In this document: positions 46,459-55,935 of the stretch, one piece after another
How the letters are laid out: each line of letters begins with the position of its first letter
Numbering within the stretch: position 1 is the stretch's first letter
Assembly: GCA_963739275.1 (NCBI GenBank)
Contig: CAVTZX010000044.1
Coordinates: 1,646 to 65,645, forward strand
Direction: 5' to 3'
Source: an uncultured Acidobacteriota bacterium
GTDB lineage: Bacteria > Acidobacteriota > Terriglobia > Acidiferrales > UBA7541
Length of the DNA: 64,000 nt
Position numbers and translations under genes: made by a program
The notes under the pieces: generated by a model
The model's database searches: none
What the model was told of the DNA's origin: nothing
What the model saw: only the letters and a program-made list of their open reading frames with translations

Positions 46459-46793
46459 GAATTCTCGTCCAGCGTGATCTTCAGCGATTTCAGAAACCGG
46501 ATGTCCTGTGCGGTCATTTCCACCGGCCGGGCCGCATGGTCTTCTTCGAGAATCTCGTGGTCCACCTGGATCTGGAGCGATTCGAGGAAGCGGCGGTCCT
46601 GCGTCGTGATCTTGGCCGGCTGGGCTTCGCGTTTGGCCAGTCCGATCGTGGCGTCGAGCTTCAACACGATGTCGTAGCCCGCTGCGCGCACGTTGGCGAT
46701 GGCGCCGGTGATGCGCTCAGAATCCGACACCGTGTCATTGATCGCGTGGCCCAGTTCACGCAGCAAGCCTTTGAGTTGATCATCCAGCTGCAA
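46455..46793 (-). CDS. hypothetical protein with an internal duplicated 17-aa motif
   Basis: AGGAGG lies 8 nt upstream of a TTG start. ITTQDRRFLESLQIQVD and MTAQDIRFLKSLKITLD are direct repeats. Confidence 0.5.
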   Translation of the reverse strand: MQLDDQLKGLLRELGHAINDTVSDSERITGAIANVRAAGYDIVLKLDATIGLAKREAQPAKITTQDRRFLESLQIQVDHEILEEDHAARPVEMTAQDIRFLKSLKITLDENS

Positions 46794-46942
46794 GGCCGAT
46801 TCCTCCTGAGAGAAGACCTACCTTTTCATTGTAGGGCGCGTTGGCGGGGGAAACAAGGCCCCGCTGGTCCGCGCTGGTACCAAATCGCCATGCCCCGGGA
46901 GAGCGGCTGCGGCCTCCCACACCTTTGTAATAGAATCGGGCG

Positions 46943-47200
46943 GTGGCAATGGATTTCCTGGGCGGGTTGACGCGAGCAACGGGTGTCTTTCTCCGCACGC
47001 TCTGGCGCGTGGCGCGTCAGGTTTTCCATGAAGCCACGGGCGCGCTGTTTGCCGTGTTCGCGCTGGCGGGCGCGGTGACCGCCTGGCGCGCGTGGCATCG
47101 CGGCGAGCGCGACTGGCTCGTGTGGCTGCCGCTGGCGTTCGTGGTGATGATGGGCGCGTTCGCCGTGGCAGCGTTCCGCAGCGCGCGGCGGGTGCGCTGA
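46943..47200 (+). CDS. hypothetical small membrane protein
   Basis: 85 aa with two hydrophobic segments. Ends 13 nt before the mutase gene. Confidence 0.4.
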   Translation: MAMDFLGGLTRATGVFLRTLWRVARQVFHEATGALFAVFALAGAVTAWRAWHRGERDWLVWLPLAFVVMMGAFAVAAFRSARRVR

Positions 47201-47213
47201 AACCGGGCAGACC

Positions 47214-48851
47214 ATGGCCAAACCCACTTCGACGGAGAGGACAGCCAAGCCGAAAAGCGCCGGACGTAAATTGCGTTTCGCCACGCTCTCGGGCATTCCC
47301 CTGGAGACCTGCTACTCCGCCGAAGACCTCGGGGCCTGGGATCCCGATACGTCCCTCGGGTATCCCGGCGAGTTCCCCTTCACGCGCGGCATTTATCCCA
47401 CGATGTATCGCGGGCGGCTCTGGACCATGCGGCAGTACGCGGGCTTCGGCACCGCCGCGGAATCAAATCAACGCTACCGCTACTTGCTCAGCCAGGGACA
47501 AACCGGGCTCTCGGTTGCTTTCGACCTGCCCACGCAGATCGGCCTCGACTCCGACCATGTGCTGGCGCGTGGCGAAGTGGGCAAGGTCGGCGTGGCCATC
47601 GACTCGCTCGAAGACATGGAGGTGCTCTTCGAGGGCATTCCCCTCGAGCGCGTCTCCACTTCGATGACCATCAATTCGACGGCGGCGATCCTCCTGGCGC
47701 TTTACGTCGCCGTGGCCAAAAAGCAGGGAGCCAGCCTGCGCAAGCTCTCCGGCACGATTCAAAACGATATCCTGAAGGAATACATCGCTCGCGGAACGTA
47801 CATTTATCCGCCGCGGCCGGCGATGCGCGTGGTTACGGACATTTTCGCGTGGTGCCGCACCGAACTGCCCAACTGGAACACGATCTCGATCTCCGGCTAC
47901 CACATCCGCGAGGCGGGATCGACCGCGGCGCAGGAGGTGGCCTTCACGCTGGCGGACGGTATCGCCTACGTGGAAGCGGCGCGCGCGGCCGGGCTGGCGG
48001 TGGATGAGTTCGCGCCACAGCTTTCGTTTTTCTTCAACGCGCACAACGATCTGCTCGAAGAAGTCGCCAAGTATCGCGCGGCGCGCCGGCTGTGGGCGCA
48101 CCTGATGCGCGAGCGCTTCGGCGCACGTGATACGCGTTCGCTGCTGCTGCGCTTCCACGCGCAGACGGCAGGGAGTTCGCTGGCTGCGCAACAGCCGGAA
48201 AACAACATCGTCCGCGTGGCCATCCAAGTGCTCGCCGCAGTGCTGGGCGGCTGCCAATCGCTCCACGCGAATGCGCTCGATGAAGCGCTGGCGCTGCCCA
48301 CCGAATCCGCGGCATTGCTCGCGCTGCGCACGCAGCAGATCATCGCTCAGGAAACCGGCGTGGCGAATACGGTGGATCCGGTCGGCGGCTCGTATGCGAT
48401 CGAACATCTCACCGACGAAATTGAAGCGCGTGCAGTCGAGTACTTGAAGAAGATCGATTCGATGGGCGGCATGCTGCGCGCGATCGAGAACGGCTACGTG
48501 CAGGGCGAAATCCAGAAGGCGGCCTACGAATACCAGCAGGCGATCGAGCGCGGCGAGCAGATCGTCGTGGGTGTCAACCAGTTCCGCAGCGAAGAGCAAC
48601 GGCCCATCCCGCTCCTGCGCATTGATCCGGAGATCGAGCGGCAACAGACGGACCGCGTCAAGGCGCTGCGCGCCAGGCGCGACGCAAAACGCGTTTTTGC
48701 AGCCCTCGAGGAAGTGGAAAGGCGCGCGCGCACATCGGAGAACGTGATGCCCGCGATCCAGGCGGGGGTCGAAGCCTTTGCCACCGTGGGCGAGATTTCC
48801 GATGCCCTGCGACACGTCTTCGGCGAATACAAGGAATCCGTCGTAGTCTGA
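47214..48851 (+). CDS. methylmalonyl-CoA mutase family protein, catalytic (TIM-barrel) subunit without B12-binding domain
   Basis: [57 protein letters not shown] is the acyl-CoA mutase signature. Confidence 0.9.
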   Translation: MAKPTSTERTAKPKSAGRKLRFATLSGIPLETCYSAEDLGAWDPDTSLGYPGEFPFTRGIYPTMYRGRLWTMRQYAGFGTAAESNQRYRYLLSQGQTGLSVAFDLPTQIGLDSDHVLARGEVGKVGVAIDSLEDMEVLFEGIPLERVSTSMTINSTAAILLALYVAVAKKQGASLRKLSGTIQNDILKEYIARGTYIYPPRPAMRVVTDIFAWCRTELPNWNTISISGYHIREAGSTAAQEVAFTLADGIAYVEAARAAGLAVDEFAPQLSFFFNAHNDLLEEVAKYRAARRLWAHLMRERFGARDTRSLLLRFHAQTAGSSLAAQQPENNIVRVAIQVLAAVLGGCQSLHANALDEALALPTESAALLALRTQQIIAQETGVANTVDPVGGSYAIEHLTDEIEARAVEYLKKIDSMGGMLRAIENGYVQGEIQKAAYEYQQAIERGEQIVVGVNQFRSEEQRPIPLLRIDPEIERQQTDRVKALRARRDAKRVFAALEEVERRARTSENVMPAIQAGVEAFATVGEISDALRHVFGEYKESVVV

Positions 48852-48918
48852 AGCGCCCGCCTCAAGCTATACTTCCCAACCGCAAGAGCGATCTCAAATG
48901 AAGGGGGAGGGATTTCAA

Positions 48919-49512
48919 ATGAAGAGGTACATTGGAGGTGTCTTAGTATGTTTGGCGCTCGCGATCCCGGCAGCCGCACAGATGGCTACGTCGGGCCAGG
49001 CGCCTGCTCAGCAAACGGCACCGCAGCCACCGCCACCGCTTTCCACCTGGCTGAAGAACTACTACACGGGCAGCCGGAACTACCTGGCGAGAGCCGCGGA
49101 GAAGATGGCGGAAGAGAACTACGGCATGCGGCCGGGATCGCAGCAGGAAGTGCGCACCTTCGGGCAGATCCTGGGGCACGTGATAAACGGGAACTATGGC
49201 TACTGCTCACGCGCGAAGGGCGAAGCCAATCCCAACCAGGGCAAGGATGCGGAAAAGTTGGCGACGAAAGCGGAAATCGTGAAGGCGTTGAACGACGCAC
49301 TCGCGTATTGCGATGCGGTTTTCAACGCGCAGACTGACGCTTCGCTGATGGAGACGGTCACGAACACCGCGCCAAACGGGCGGCAGACACAGGCTATCCG
49401 CTTGACGTTTCTGATCTCCGACGTGGCGCATAACAACGAGCACTACGGCAACCTGGTGACGTACTTCCGGATCAAGGGCATTGTGCCGCCGTCTTCGGAG
49501 CCGCGAAACTAA
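48919..49512 (+). CDS. DinB family protein
   Basis: GGGGGAGG RBS before ATG 48919, and a signal-like N-terminus. H...H pattern (GQILGHVINGNY...VAHNNEHYGNLVTYFR). Confidence 0.75.
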   Translation: MKRYIGGVLVCLALAIPAAAQMATSGQAPAQQTAPQPPPPLSTWLKNYYTGSRNYLARAAEKMAEENYGMRPGSQQEVRTFGQILGHVINGNYGYCSRAKGEANPNQGKDAEKLATKAEIVKALNDALAYCDAVFNAQTDASLMETVTNTAPNGRQTQAIRLTFLISDVAHNNEHYGNLVTYFRIKGIVPPSSEPRN

Positions 49513-49568
49513 TTTCGGCAAGCTCCGCGCCGAGTGAAGGCCGGCGGATTTGGCACGCGGAGGGTTGA

Positions 49569-50321
49569 ATGAGAGGCGTCTTGCGCGAGGGCGAAATCCG
49601 CTGGCCGCGGCGCGTGGTGACGCCCGCCGATGCTCTGCGTTTTATCGACGCCATCGGGTATTGCCTGATTTTTCCGATCAAAGGGCTGGCGCTGCCTTCG
49701 CTGTACTTTGCAATGGCGCGGCGCCAACCGCTCACCTGGGACCGTCACGCCATGAAGCTGTGGGACTGGAAGGCGGAGTTTCCACTCAAGCGCCGCGCGT
49801 TCTACGGAAAATACTTCAAAGGCCGCGGGACTTTCATATCGCGCGGCATGCTGCCGAGTTTCCTCGCCATGAGGAATAGCGCCGCCGCCGCGGATGACGC
49901 CGACACGTGTTTCGCTGCAGGACGCATCAGTCACGACGCGCGCACGATCTGGCAAGCGTTGGCACAGCACGGCCCGCTGCCCACGCTCGAGCTGAGGCAC
50001 ACCTGCAAGATGGAAAGCGTGGCCGGCAACAAGCGCTTCAAGAAGGCCATGCTCGAGCTTCAGTGCCTGCTCATCGTGGTGCACTTCGGCGCGGAACAGG
50101 AAACCGCGGCGTGGGCTTCGGGGCGCTTTGAGCTGACCGCGCGGGCGTTTCCGCGTGAGGTTGCTATCGCGCGAGAGATGACTGTGGAAGCAGCGCGTGC
50201 AGCCATTGCCGCGAAATACCTTTGCTGGCACCCGGATGCCCCGCAACGCCTGCTCGGGCGCCTCTTTGGCTGGTCGAAAGAGGAGGCGGGGGCGGCTTGC
50301 CTCTCACCGAGCAGGCGCTGA
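49569..50321 (+). CDS. hypothetical protein (possible winged-helix / YcaQ-like fold)
   Basis: 250-aa ORF with a GGAGGG RBS. Family assignment is only tentative. Confidence 0.5.
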   Translation: MRGVLREGEIRWPRRVVTPADALRFIDAIGYCLIFPIKGLALPSLYFAMARRQPLTWDRHAMKLWDWKAEFPLKRRAFYGKYFKGRGTFISRGMLPSFLAMRNSAAAADDADTCFAAGRISHDARTIWQALAQHGPLPTLELRHTCKMESVAGNKRFKKAMLELQCLLIVVHFGAEQETAAWASGRFELTARAFPREVAIAREMTVEAARAAIAAKYLCWHPDAPQRLLGRLFGWSKEEAGAACLSPSRR

Positions 50322-50345
50322 CCCTTCTTCGCTACAATCACTCGG

Positions 50346-50945
50346 ATGAAACTGGTTCTTGCTTCCACCTCGCCACGCCGCGCCGATGTCCTGATGGGCG
50401 CGGGGATGGCTTTCGAGAGCCTCGCGACCGACGTGGACGAATCGCGCGTAGGGAACGAGAGCCCCGTGCAGATGGTCCGGCGGCTGGCGGAAGCGAAGGT
50501 GCGTGCCGCGGCTGAGCGCGTGGCCGGCCCTGCCATCGTTGCCGGCGCGGACACCATCGTGGTGTTGGATGACGCCGTGCTTGGCAAGCCGTGGTCGAAG
50601 GAAGAAGCCCGTTCGATGCTGGCGCGCCTCAGCGGCCGGACGCATGAGGTCTTGACAGGACTAGCCGTGCTCCGGCTACCCGATCAGGCCATGCACATTG
50701 AGGTGGAGAATACGCGGGTCACGTTCGCACCGCTCTCCGCACAAGAGATTGAAGAGTACGTCGCATCGGGAGAACCGATGGACAAGGCGGGCGCGTATGC
50801 GATCCAGGGGCGCGCGGGCCGCTACGTCACGCGAGTGGAAGGATGTTACTTCAACGTGGTAGGGCTGCCGCTTGCGCGGCTGTACCGCATCTTGGGGGAT
50901 CTAGGCTGGTCCGGCCATGCGGAGAAATCAGGCGCGAATCGCTGA
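50346..50945 (+). CDS. maf: Maf family nucleoside-triphosphate pyrophosphatase
   Basis: LVLASTSPRR...GADTIVVLD..VLGKP...KAGAYAIQG. Confidence 0.9.
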   Translation: MKLVLASTSPRRADVLMGAGMAFESLATDVDESRVGNESPVQMVRRLAEAKVRAAAERVAGPAIVAGADTIVVLDDAVLGKPWSKEEARSMLARLSGRTHEVLTGLAVLRLPDQAMHIEVENTRVTFAPLSAQEIEEYVASGEPMDKAGAYAIQGRAGRYVTRVEGCYFNVVGLPLARLYRILGDLGWSGHAEKSGANR

Positions 50946-50960
50946 ATCCTGAGGAAATGG

Positions 50961-50984
50961 AAAAAGGCGACCGAGAAGGCCGCC
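50961..50984 (-). terminator. intrinsic terminator downstream of tatA
   Basis: On the minus strand: GGCGGCC-ttctc-GGTCGCC followed by TTTTT. Confidence 0.55.
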
Positions 50985-51040
50985 TCTCTTCGAACGGAAA
51001 CCAGAAAGTCCGGGTGAGTCTTCAAGATTCAGCCCGGAAG

Positions 51041-51226
51041 TTACTTCTTGGTTTCGGCAGGCTTGTCGTCGGCCGGCTTCGCCGGGCCGCTCATGCCTTC
51101 TTTGAAGCTGCGGATGCCTTCGCCCATGCCGCGCATGACGTCAGGGATGCGGCGGCCACCAAAAAATATCAAAACGATTGCCAGGATCAGCAGCAGCTCC
51201 GGTAAACCGAGCTTTCCTCCAAACAT
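51041..51226 (-). CDS. tatA: twin-arginine translocase TatA/TatE family subunit
   Basis: MFGGKLGLPELLLILAIVLIFFGGRRIPDVMRGMGEGIRSFKEG is canonical TatA. AGGAGG RBS. Confidence 0.9.
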   Translation of the reverse strand: MFGGKLGLPELLLILAIVLIFFGGRRIPDVMRGMGEGIRSFKEGMSGPAKPADDKPAETKK

Positions 51227-51308
51227 GCGTCCTCCTGCGGGCGATTCTATGCTGCGCCCCGCCCCGCGTCAACAAAACGGCCTGAAACTCCGGGAGACTG
51301 CAGAGATT

Positions 51309-51497
51309 CTACTGCTGTTTTGGCTCCGCGGCTGTGCTACCGGCGGACTTCTCCGGGCCGTGCATGCCTTCCTTGAAGCTGCGGATGCCTTCGCCAAGGC
51401 CGCGCATGACTTCAGGGATGCGGCGGCCACCGAAAAAGATCAGGACGATGGCCAGGATCAACAGCAGTTCCGGAAGGCCGACTTTTCCTTCAAACAT
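51309..51497 (-). CDS. tatA: twin-arginine translocase TatA/TatE family subunit (tandem paralogue)
   Basis: MFEGKVGLPELLLILAIVLIFFGGRRIPEVMRGLGEGIRSFKEG. The upstream RBS context (cgcccgcaggRGGAC) is also duplicated. Confidence 0.85.
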   Translation of the reverse strand: MFEGKVGLPELLLILAIVLIFFGGRRIPEVMRGLGEGIRSFKEGMHGPEKSAGSTAAEPKQQ

Positions 51498-51705
51498 GTG
51501 TCCCCCTGCGGGCGAATCGAGTTCTCGCCTGACCGGGGGCTCCAAAGATACGAAGCCAGGAATTCATCTATGATTGCTTCCGCTTTCACCTGGACGAGGT
51601 CGCTTGGGCCATTCTTATGATGCCCGCCCAATTGGACAGGTCGTGTTCAGCATATCACGCGGGAGCACTCGCCCGCGAACTCGCGAGACCTACCGCATTC
51701 GCTAC

Positions 51706-53604
51706 CTAAAGAATGATCCGCTCATCCCCTTCGCGCCGGGTCACGCGTTCGCGGTCCAGGTATTCGAGCAGTGGGATGGCATATTTCCGGCTGATGCCGG
51801 TGAGGCTTTTGAATGCGCCAATAGACAACCGCGCGCCCTGCTGCTTCTTGTGGTCCGCGAGGAGAGCACGTAGGCGTCCGATCGCGTCCCGGTGGAAGAT
51901 CAGCTCCTCGGAAACCTTTAGCAGCACCTTCTCCCGCACCAGGAGTTGAAGAAGCTTTTGTGCCCGGCGGGGTTCCACCGGCAGCTTGGAGAGCACTTCC
52001 TTGACCGACGGGACCGCGAGTCCGGCGCGGTCGAATTCGGCGGCGATCTGCTCTTTCGCATGAGCCTCCGCGGGCTGTAATGAAATCTCGCGGCCGGCGC
52101 GTTGCACTAGATCACCGGTCACGGCAAGTTTCCCGGTTGCGACGAGGTCAGAGAGCGCAGCTCGAAAGAGCTCGGGGCGCGCCTTCGGCGCCGAGCGCCC
52201 GCGCAGGTCTTCTCTCGGCATTCCCGGAACGAGCGGATTCGTTTCGTGAAACGCCTGAACCGACGCGAGCATTGCCTGCGCCACTCGGATCACGGTTTCC
52301 GCGGTGGCCAAGGCAAACGGCTGCTGGCTCAAGATGCGCAGCTTACCGGCTTGCTCGAGTTGCGCGGCCGCATCGCGGACCTCGCTTTCCAGCCAGCCCG
52401 TGCGCGCGATGATCTGCGCCATCTCCAAACCCGCGGGCGCGGACGCGGCCAGGGCGCTGAGGATCTCTTCTTGATTGCCGCGTTCGAGCGCGCCTAAGTA
52501 TTCGGGGACGCCTTCTTCCTTACGCGGGTGGCGGTGCGCCAGGTTGTCCAGCACAACCCCGCCCCCGATGGTGATGACCGGAGAGATCTGCCGCAGGATG
52601 AAGCGATCTCCAGGAAGCAGCAGTGTGGATTCCTGGAAGCGAAGTTGTGCCAGAGATGACCCGCCGGGCCGGAGCTCTGCCCGGTCGAGGAAAACCACTT
52701 CGGCGATGGTTTCTGCCGTGCCCTGGTGAAAATGTACGCGGGCGCGGCTCTTGAGGGGACGCGCGCTCGGAAGTAGAGTGACGCGTGCGTCGGATCGCTG
52801 TGTCGTCTGGAAGCGTCCGGGCGCCACAAGAACCATTCCCCGCGCCAGTTCACCGACCTCGATACCCGCCAAGTTCACCGCCGTCCGCTGTCCCGCAAGG
52901 GCCCGCGCCGCGGCGCGCCTTGCGGAATGAATCCCCCGAACTCTCAAGCGGCGCCGAGGCGGAAGCAGCTCCACTTCGTCCCCGGGCTGCAGGGCGCCGG
53001 AAACGAGTGTCCCGGTAACGACTGTGCCAAAGCCCTTCATCTGAAACGCGCGATCGATTGGCAGCCGGCACCATCGCGAGGCATCCTTCCCCCGCACCTC
53101 CCCCGCGACACTCAAAAGAGCTTCCTTGAGCCGAACCAGCCCCTCGCCCGTCTTTGCACTCAGGGGAATACATGGGGCGCCTTGGAGAAAGGAGCCGCGC
53201 ACGAACTCCTCCACTTCCAGCCGCACCAGGTCTCGCGCATCGGGTGAAACCAGATCGCATTTCGTCAACGCAATTACACCGCGCTCGATTCCAAGCAGCC
53301 CGCAGATGTCGAAATGCTCGCGCGTCTGCGGCTTGATGCCTTCATCGCAGGCCACAACGAGAACGACCAGGTCGATCCCGCCCGCGCCCGCAAGCATATT
53401 GCGGACGAAACGCTCGTGGCCGGGCACGTCCACAATCCCCAAGCGGACATCGCCGTGCTCGAAGAAAGCAAAACCGAGGTCGATGGTAATCCCGCGGCGC
53501 TTTTCTTCCTCGAGGCGGTCGGGATTCGTACCCGTCAATGCCTCGACGAGGGCCGACTTGCCATGATCGATGTGTCCCGCGGTGCCGACGATGACGTGTT
53601 TCAT
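51706..53604 (-). CDS. selB: selenocysteine-specific translation elongation factor
   Basis: 632 aa. GTAGHIDHGKS, DVPGHERF and TKCD GTPase motifs, plus a long C-terminal winged-helix extension typical of SelB. Confidence 0.85.
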   Translation of the reverse strand: MKHVIVGTAGHIDHGKSALVEALTGTNPDRLEEEKRRGITIDLGFAFFEHGDVRLGIVDVPGHERFVRNMLAGAGGIDLVVLVVACDEGIKPQTREHFDICGLLGIERGVIALTKCDLVSPDARDLVRLEVEEFVRGSFLQGAPCIPLSAKTGEGLVRLKEALLSVAGEVRGKDASRWCRLPIDRAFQMKGFGTVVTGTLVSGALQPGDEVELLPPRRRLRVRGIHSARRAAARALAGQRTAVNLAGIEVGELARGMVLVAPGRFQTTQRSDARVTLLPSARPLKSRARVHFHQGTAETIAEVVFLDRAELRPGGSSLAQLRFQESTLLLPGDRFILRQISPVITIGGGVVLDNLAHRHPRKEEGVPEYLGALERGNQEEILSALAASAPAGLEMAQIIARTGWLESEVRDAAAQLEQAGKLRILSQQPFALATAETVIRVAQAMLASVQAFHETNPLVPGMPREDLRGRSAPKARPELFRAALSDLVATGKLAVTGDLVQRAGREISLQPAEAHAKEQIAAEFDRAGLAVPSVKEVLSKLPVEPRRAQKLLQLLVREKVLLKVSEELIFHRDAIGRLRALLADHKKQQGARLSIGAFKSLTGISRKYAIPLLEYLDRERVTRREGDERIIL

Positions 53605-53658
53605 ACTCGACGCGAAAGCGAGTGAGGATGAGGATGCTAGCCGAGGGGCGGAAGGAGG

Positions 53659-54369
53659 TCAAACGCGTCCGGAAACAGCCGTGCGCATCTCCTCGAGCAC
53701 GGCCCTGGCCGCAGCAATCGGATCTTTGGCCGAGGTGATGGGCCGGCCAACCACGAGGTAATCCGCGCCGGCGCGGATGGCTTCGGCGGGAGTGGTCACC
53801 CGAGACTGGTCATTTTTCACTGCGCCGCCAGGGCGTACGCCACCGACTACGATGATGAATCGCCTGCCGCACGCGCGACGAATGGCCGCAGCCTCGCGCG
53901 CCGAGGCGACAACGCCATCGAGTCCCGACTCTTTCGCGAGGCGCGCGAGCCGCAACACACTCGTCAACGGCCGACCCTTGATGCCCACCGCGCGCATCGT
54001 CCGCGCGTTCATGCTGGTCAGAAGCGTGACGCCCAAGAGCCGTGGGCGCTTCTTCGGGTCAGGAATGGCTTGCCACAAGGCCCGCGCCCCGGCACGCATC
54101 ATCTCGGGGCCCCCTAAAGTGTGGATGTTGAGCAGGCGAAGGCCCGGGAGGCGCGCCGCTGAACGGATTGCTCCAGCAACGGTGTTCGGGATGTCATGAA
54201 ACTTTAGGTCGAGGAAGATACCACCCAGACGGGACACTTTCCGCACCGCTTCGGGTCCTTCCGCGGTGAAAAGCTGTTTTCCGATCTTGAAGGTGGGGGA
54301 GAGGGGGGAAAGTTTTCTTGCGAGGGCGAGAGCCGCGCCGAGGTCGGTATAGTCGAGGGCGACGACTAG
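53659..54369 (-). CDS. pyrF: orotidine-5'-phosphate decarboxylase; no canonical start codon upstream of the conserved N-terminus
   Basis: The frame reads RLVVALDYTDL...FKIGKQLF...IFLDLKFHDIPNTV.... No ATG/GTG/TTG lies between the upstream in-frame stop and the essential ALD / FKIG motifs. The 5' end is therefore approximate. Confidence 0.75.
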   Translation of the reverse strand, partial: LVVALDYTDLGAALALARKLSPLSPTFKIGKQLFTAEGPEAVRKVSRLGGIFLDLKFHDIPNTVAGAIRSAARLPGLRLLNIHTLGGPEMMRAGARALWQAIPDPKKRPRLLGVTLLTSMNARTMRAVGIKGRPLTSVLRLARLAKESGLDGVVASAREAAAIRRACGRRFIIVVGGVRPGGAVKNDQSRVTTPAEAIRAGADYLVVGRPITSAKDPIAAARAVLEEMRTAVSGRV

Positions 54370-54377
54370 CCGAGAGT

Positions 54378-54815
54378 TTAGGGATGCGCCAAGCGTCGCT
54401 GGGGAACTTCTAGCAGTTCGAGTCTTAGCCGTACCAGCCCCCCTTCGATGAGCCCAATCTTGCTCGCAACCTGGTAAGAAACGTCCACCTCACGCCCCTC
54501 GACGAAAGGGCCGCGGTCGTTGATGCGGACTACCTCGCTCTTGCCCGTCTTGGGATTAGTCACACGAACCAAAGATCCGAACGGCAGGGTCGGGTGGGCC
54601 GCGGTCAGGGCGGTCATGTCAAAGTGCTCCCCGTTCGCGGTTTTTCGGCCCTGGAAGCGTGGACCGTACCAGCTTGCCACCCCAGTCCAGACCTTCAAGG
54701 GCTTAATGGGGGTGCTTGGATTGGCAATGAGCGGCCCCTCGACTCCCTGTGCGAAGAGAAACATCAGGAGGACCCACCTCATCGCCGCCCAGGTCACGAA
54801 GAGTTTGTTTCTCAT
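54378..54815 (-). CDS. rlpA: septal ring lytic transglycosylase RlpA family (DPBB domain) protein
   Basis: GVASWYGPRFQGRKTANGEHFD...TAAHPTLPFGSLVRVTN..GKSVVVRINDRGPF pattern. Confidence 0.85.
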   Translation of the reverse strand: MRNKLFVTWAAMRWVLLMFLFAQGVEGPLIANPSTPIKPLKVWTGVASWYGPRFQGRKTANGEHFDMTALTAAHPTLPFGSLVRVTNPKTGKSEVVRINDRGPFVEGREVDVSYQVASKIGLIEGGLVRLRLELLEVPQRRLAHP

Positions 54816-54871
54816 GGTGTGTACTTTATGCCACGAATTCCCAAATACTGTACTACGGAACAGCTAAAAAG

Positions 54872-55810
54872 TCAATCAAAATCTTGGACGTAGGATTCAC
54901 GTAACTCATTGATATCAGACACCTTACACTCAGCGCAGACCTCTTCAAGGCCATCGACGATCCTCGCAGACGCCATTGGATCAGAGAAGTGGGCTGTCCC
55001 GACCTGCACCGCCGCTGCTCCGACGACCAGGTATTCCAGCACATCCTCGGGTGTTTCAATGCCTCCCAGGCCCAAAATCGGGATTCGAACGGCTTGCCGG
55101 GCTTCGTAGACCAGCCGCAGCGTAATTGGCTTGATGGCAGGGCCGGACAAGCCTCCCGTTGGTCGACCCAAGCGGGAGCGGCGTGTCCGATAGTCGACAC
55201 TCATGGCCGTATAAGTATTGGCGATGGTGAGGGCGTCCGCCCCAGCATTCTCGGCCGCCGCGGCGATGGGGCGAATGTCGGTGACATTGGGAGAGAGCTT
55301 GACCCAGAGGGGCCGCCTCGCTGCCGCCCTTCGCGCGGCTCCGACCACCTCAGCCGTCATTTCGGGGTCCGTGCCGTAGTGGATTCCACCACAGGCCACG
55401 TTCGGGCAGGAGATGTTCAGCTCATAAGCGGCCAGGCCTTCAGCGTTTTCCAGGACGTGGATCACATCCACGTAGTCCGCGACGCACTCGCCAAACACGT
55501 TGGCCACGATGGCGGTCCTGTAGCGGCGGAGTTGGGGAAGCTTCTCAGCCACGAAAGCCCGCACGCCAATATTCTGGAGGCCGACAGCATTGAGCATCCC
55601 GGACGGCGTCTCGCAGAGTCGTGGGGCGGGGGCGCCATCTATGGGTTCGATAGAAAGACCTTTGACAACGATGCCGCCGAGACGATCCAGATCAACAAGG
55701 TGGGCGAACTCGATTCCATAACCGAAGGTGCCGCTGGCGGCGAGGACAGGATTGGAAAGGCGCAGGGCGCCGATGCTCACGCTCAGGTCAACCACAGCCT
55801 TTGCGTTCAC
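54872..55810 (-). CDS. pyrD: dihydroorotate dehydrogenase (class 1-type catalytic subunit)
   Basis: LSNPVLAASGTFGYG, NISCPN, and GGLSGPAIKPI motifs. GTG 55810 is chosen; GTG 55795 is possible. The longer ORF overlaps pyrR. Confidence 0.85.
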   Translation of the reverse strand: MNAKAVVDLSVSIGALRLSNPVLAASGTFGYGIEFAHLVDLDRLGGIVVKGLSIEPIDGAPAPRLCETPSGMLNAVGLQNIGVRAFVAEKLPQLRRYRTAIVANVFGECVADYVDVIHVLENAEGLAAYELNISCPNVACGGIHYGTDPEMTAEVVGAARRAAARRPLWVKLSPNVTDIRPIAAAAENAGADALTIANTYTAMSVDYRTRRSRLGRPTGGLSGPAIKPITLRLVYEARQAVRIPILGLGGIETPEDVLEYLVVGAAAVQVGTAHFSDPMASARIVDGLEEVCAECKVSDINELRESYVQDFD

Positions 55811-55935
55811 TGGTTGAATTCTAACACGCGGGCGAATTTCCCGAGCGAACGGGCTGTGGAAATCCCGGGGCCGCCCCAGGCCAAGGGCGGAAGCGTGCGG
55901 CGCGACGCGAACGCTCTGTGCTAGGATGTCGCCCG

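Noticed and set aside
51498-51705. tRNA-Sec (selC) immediately downstream of selB.
   Set aside because: There is no GGTTCGA-type T-arm, no long acceptor stem and no UCA anticodon context. Only two small GC hairpins are present.
55811-55935. PyrR-binding attenuator in the pyrD / pyrR-pyrB-pyrC divergent region.
   Set aside because: I could not find the (A/G)UCCAGAGAGGCU binding loop or a terminator/antiterminator pair. AAUCCCGGGGCCG is too divergent to call.
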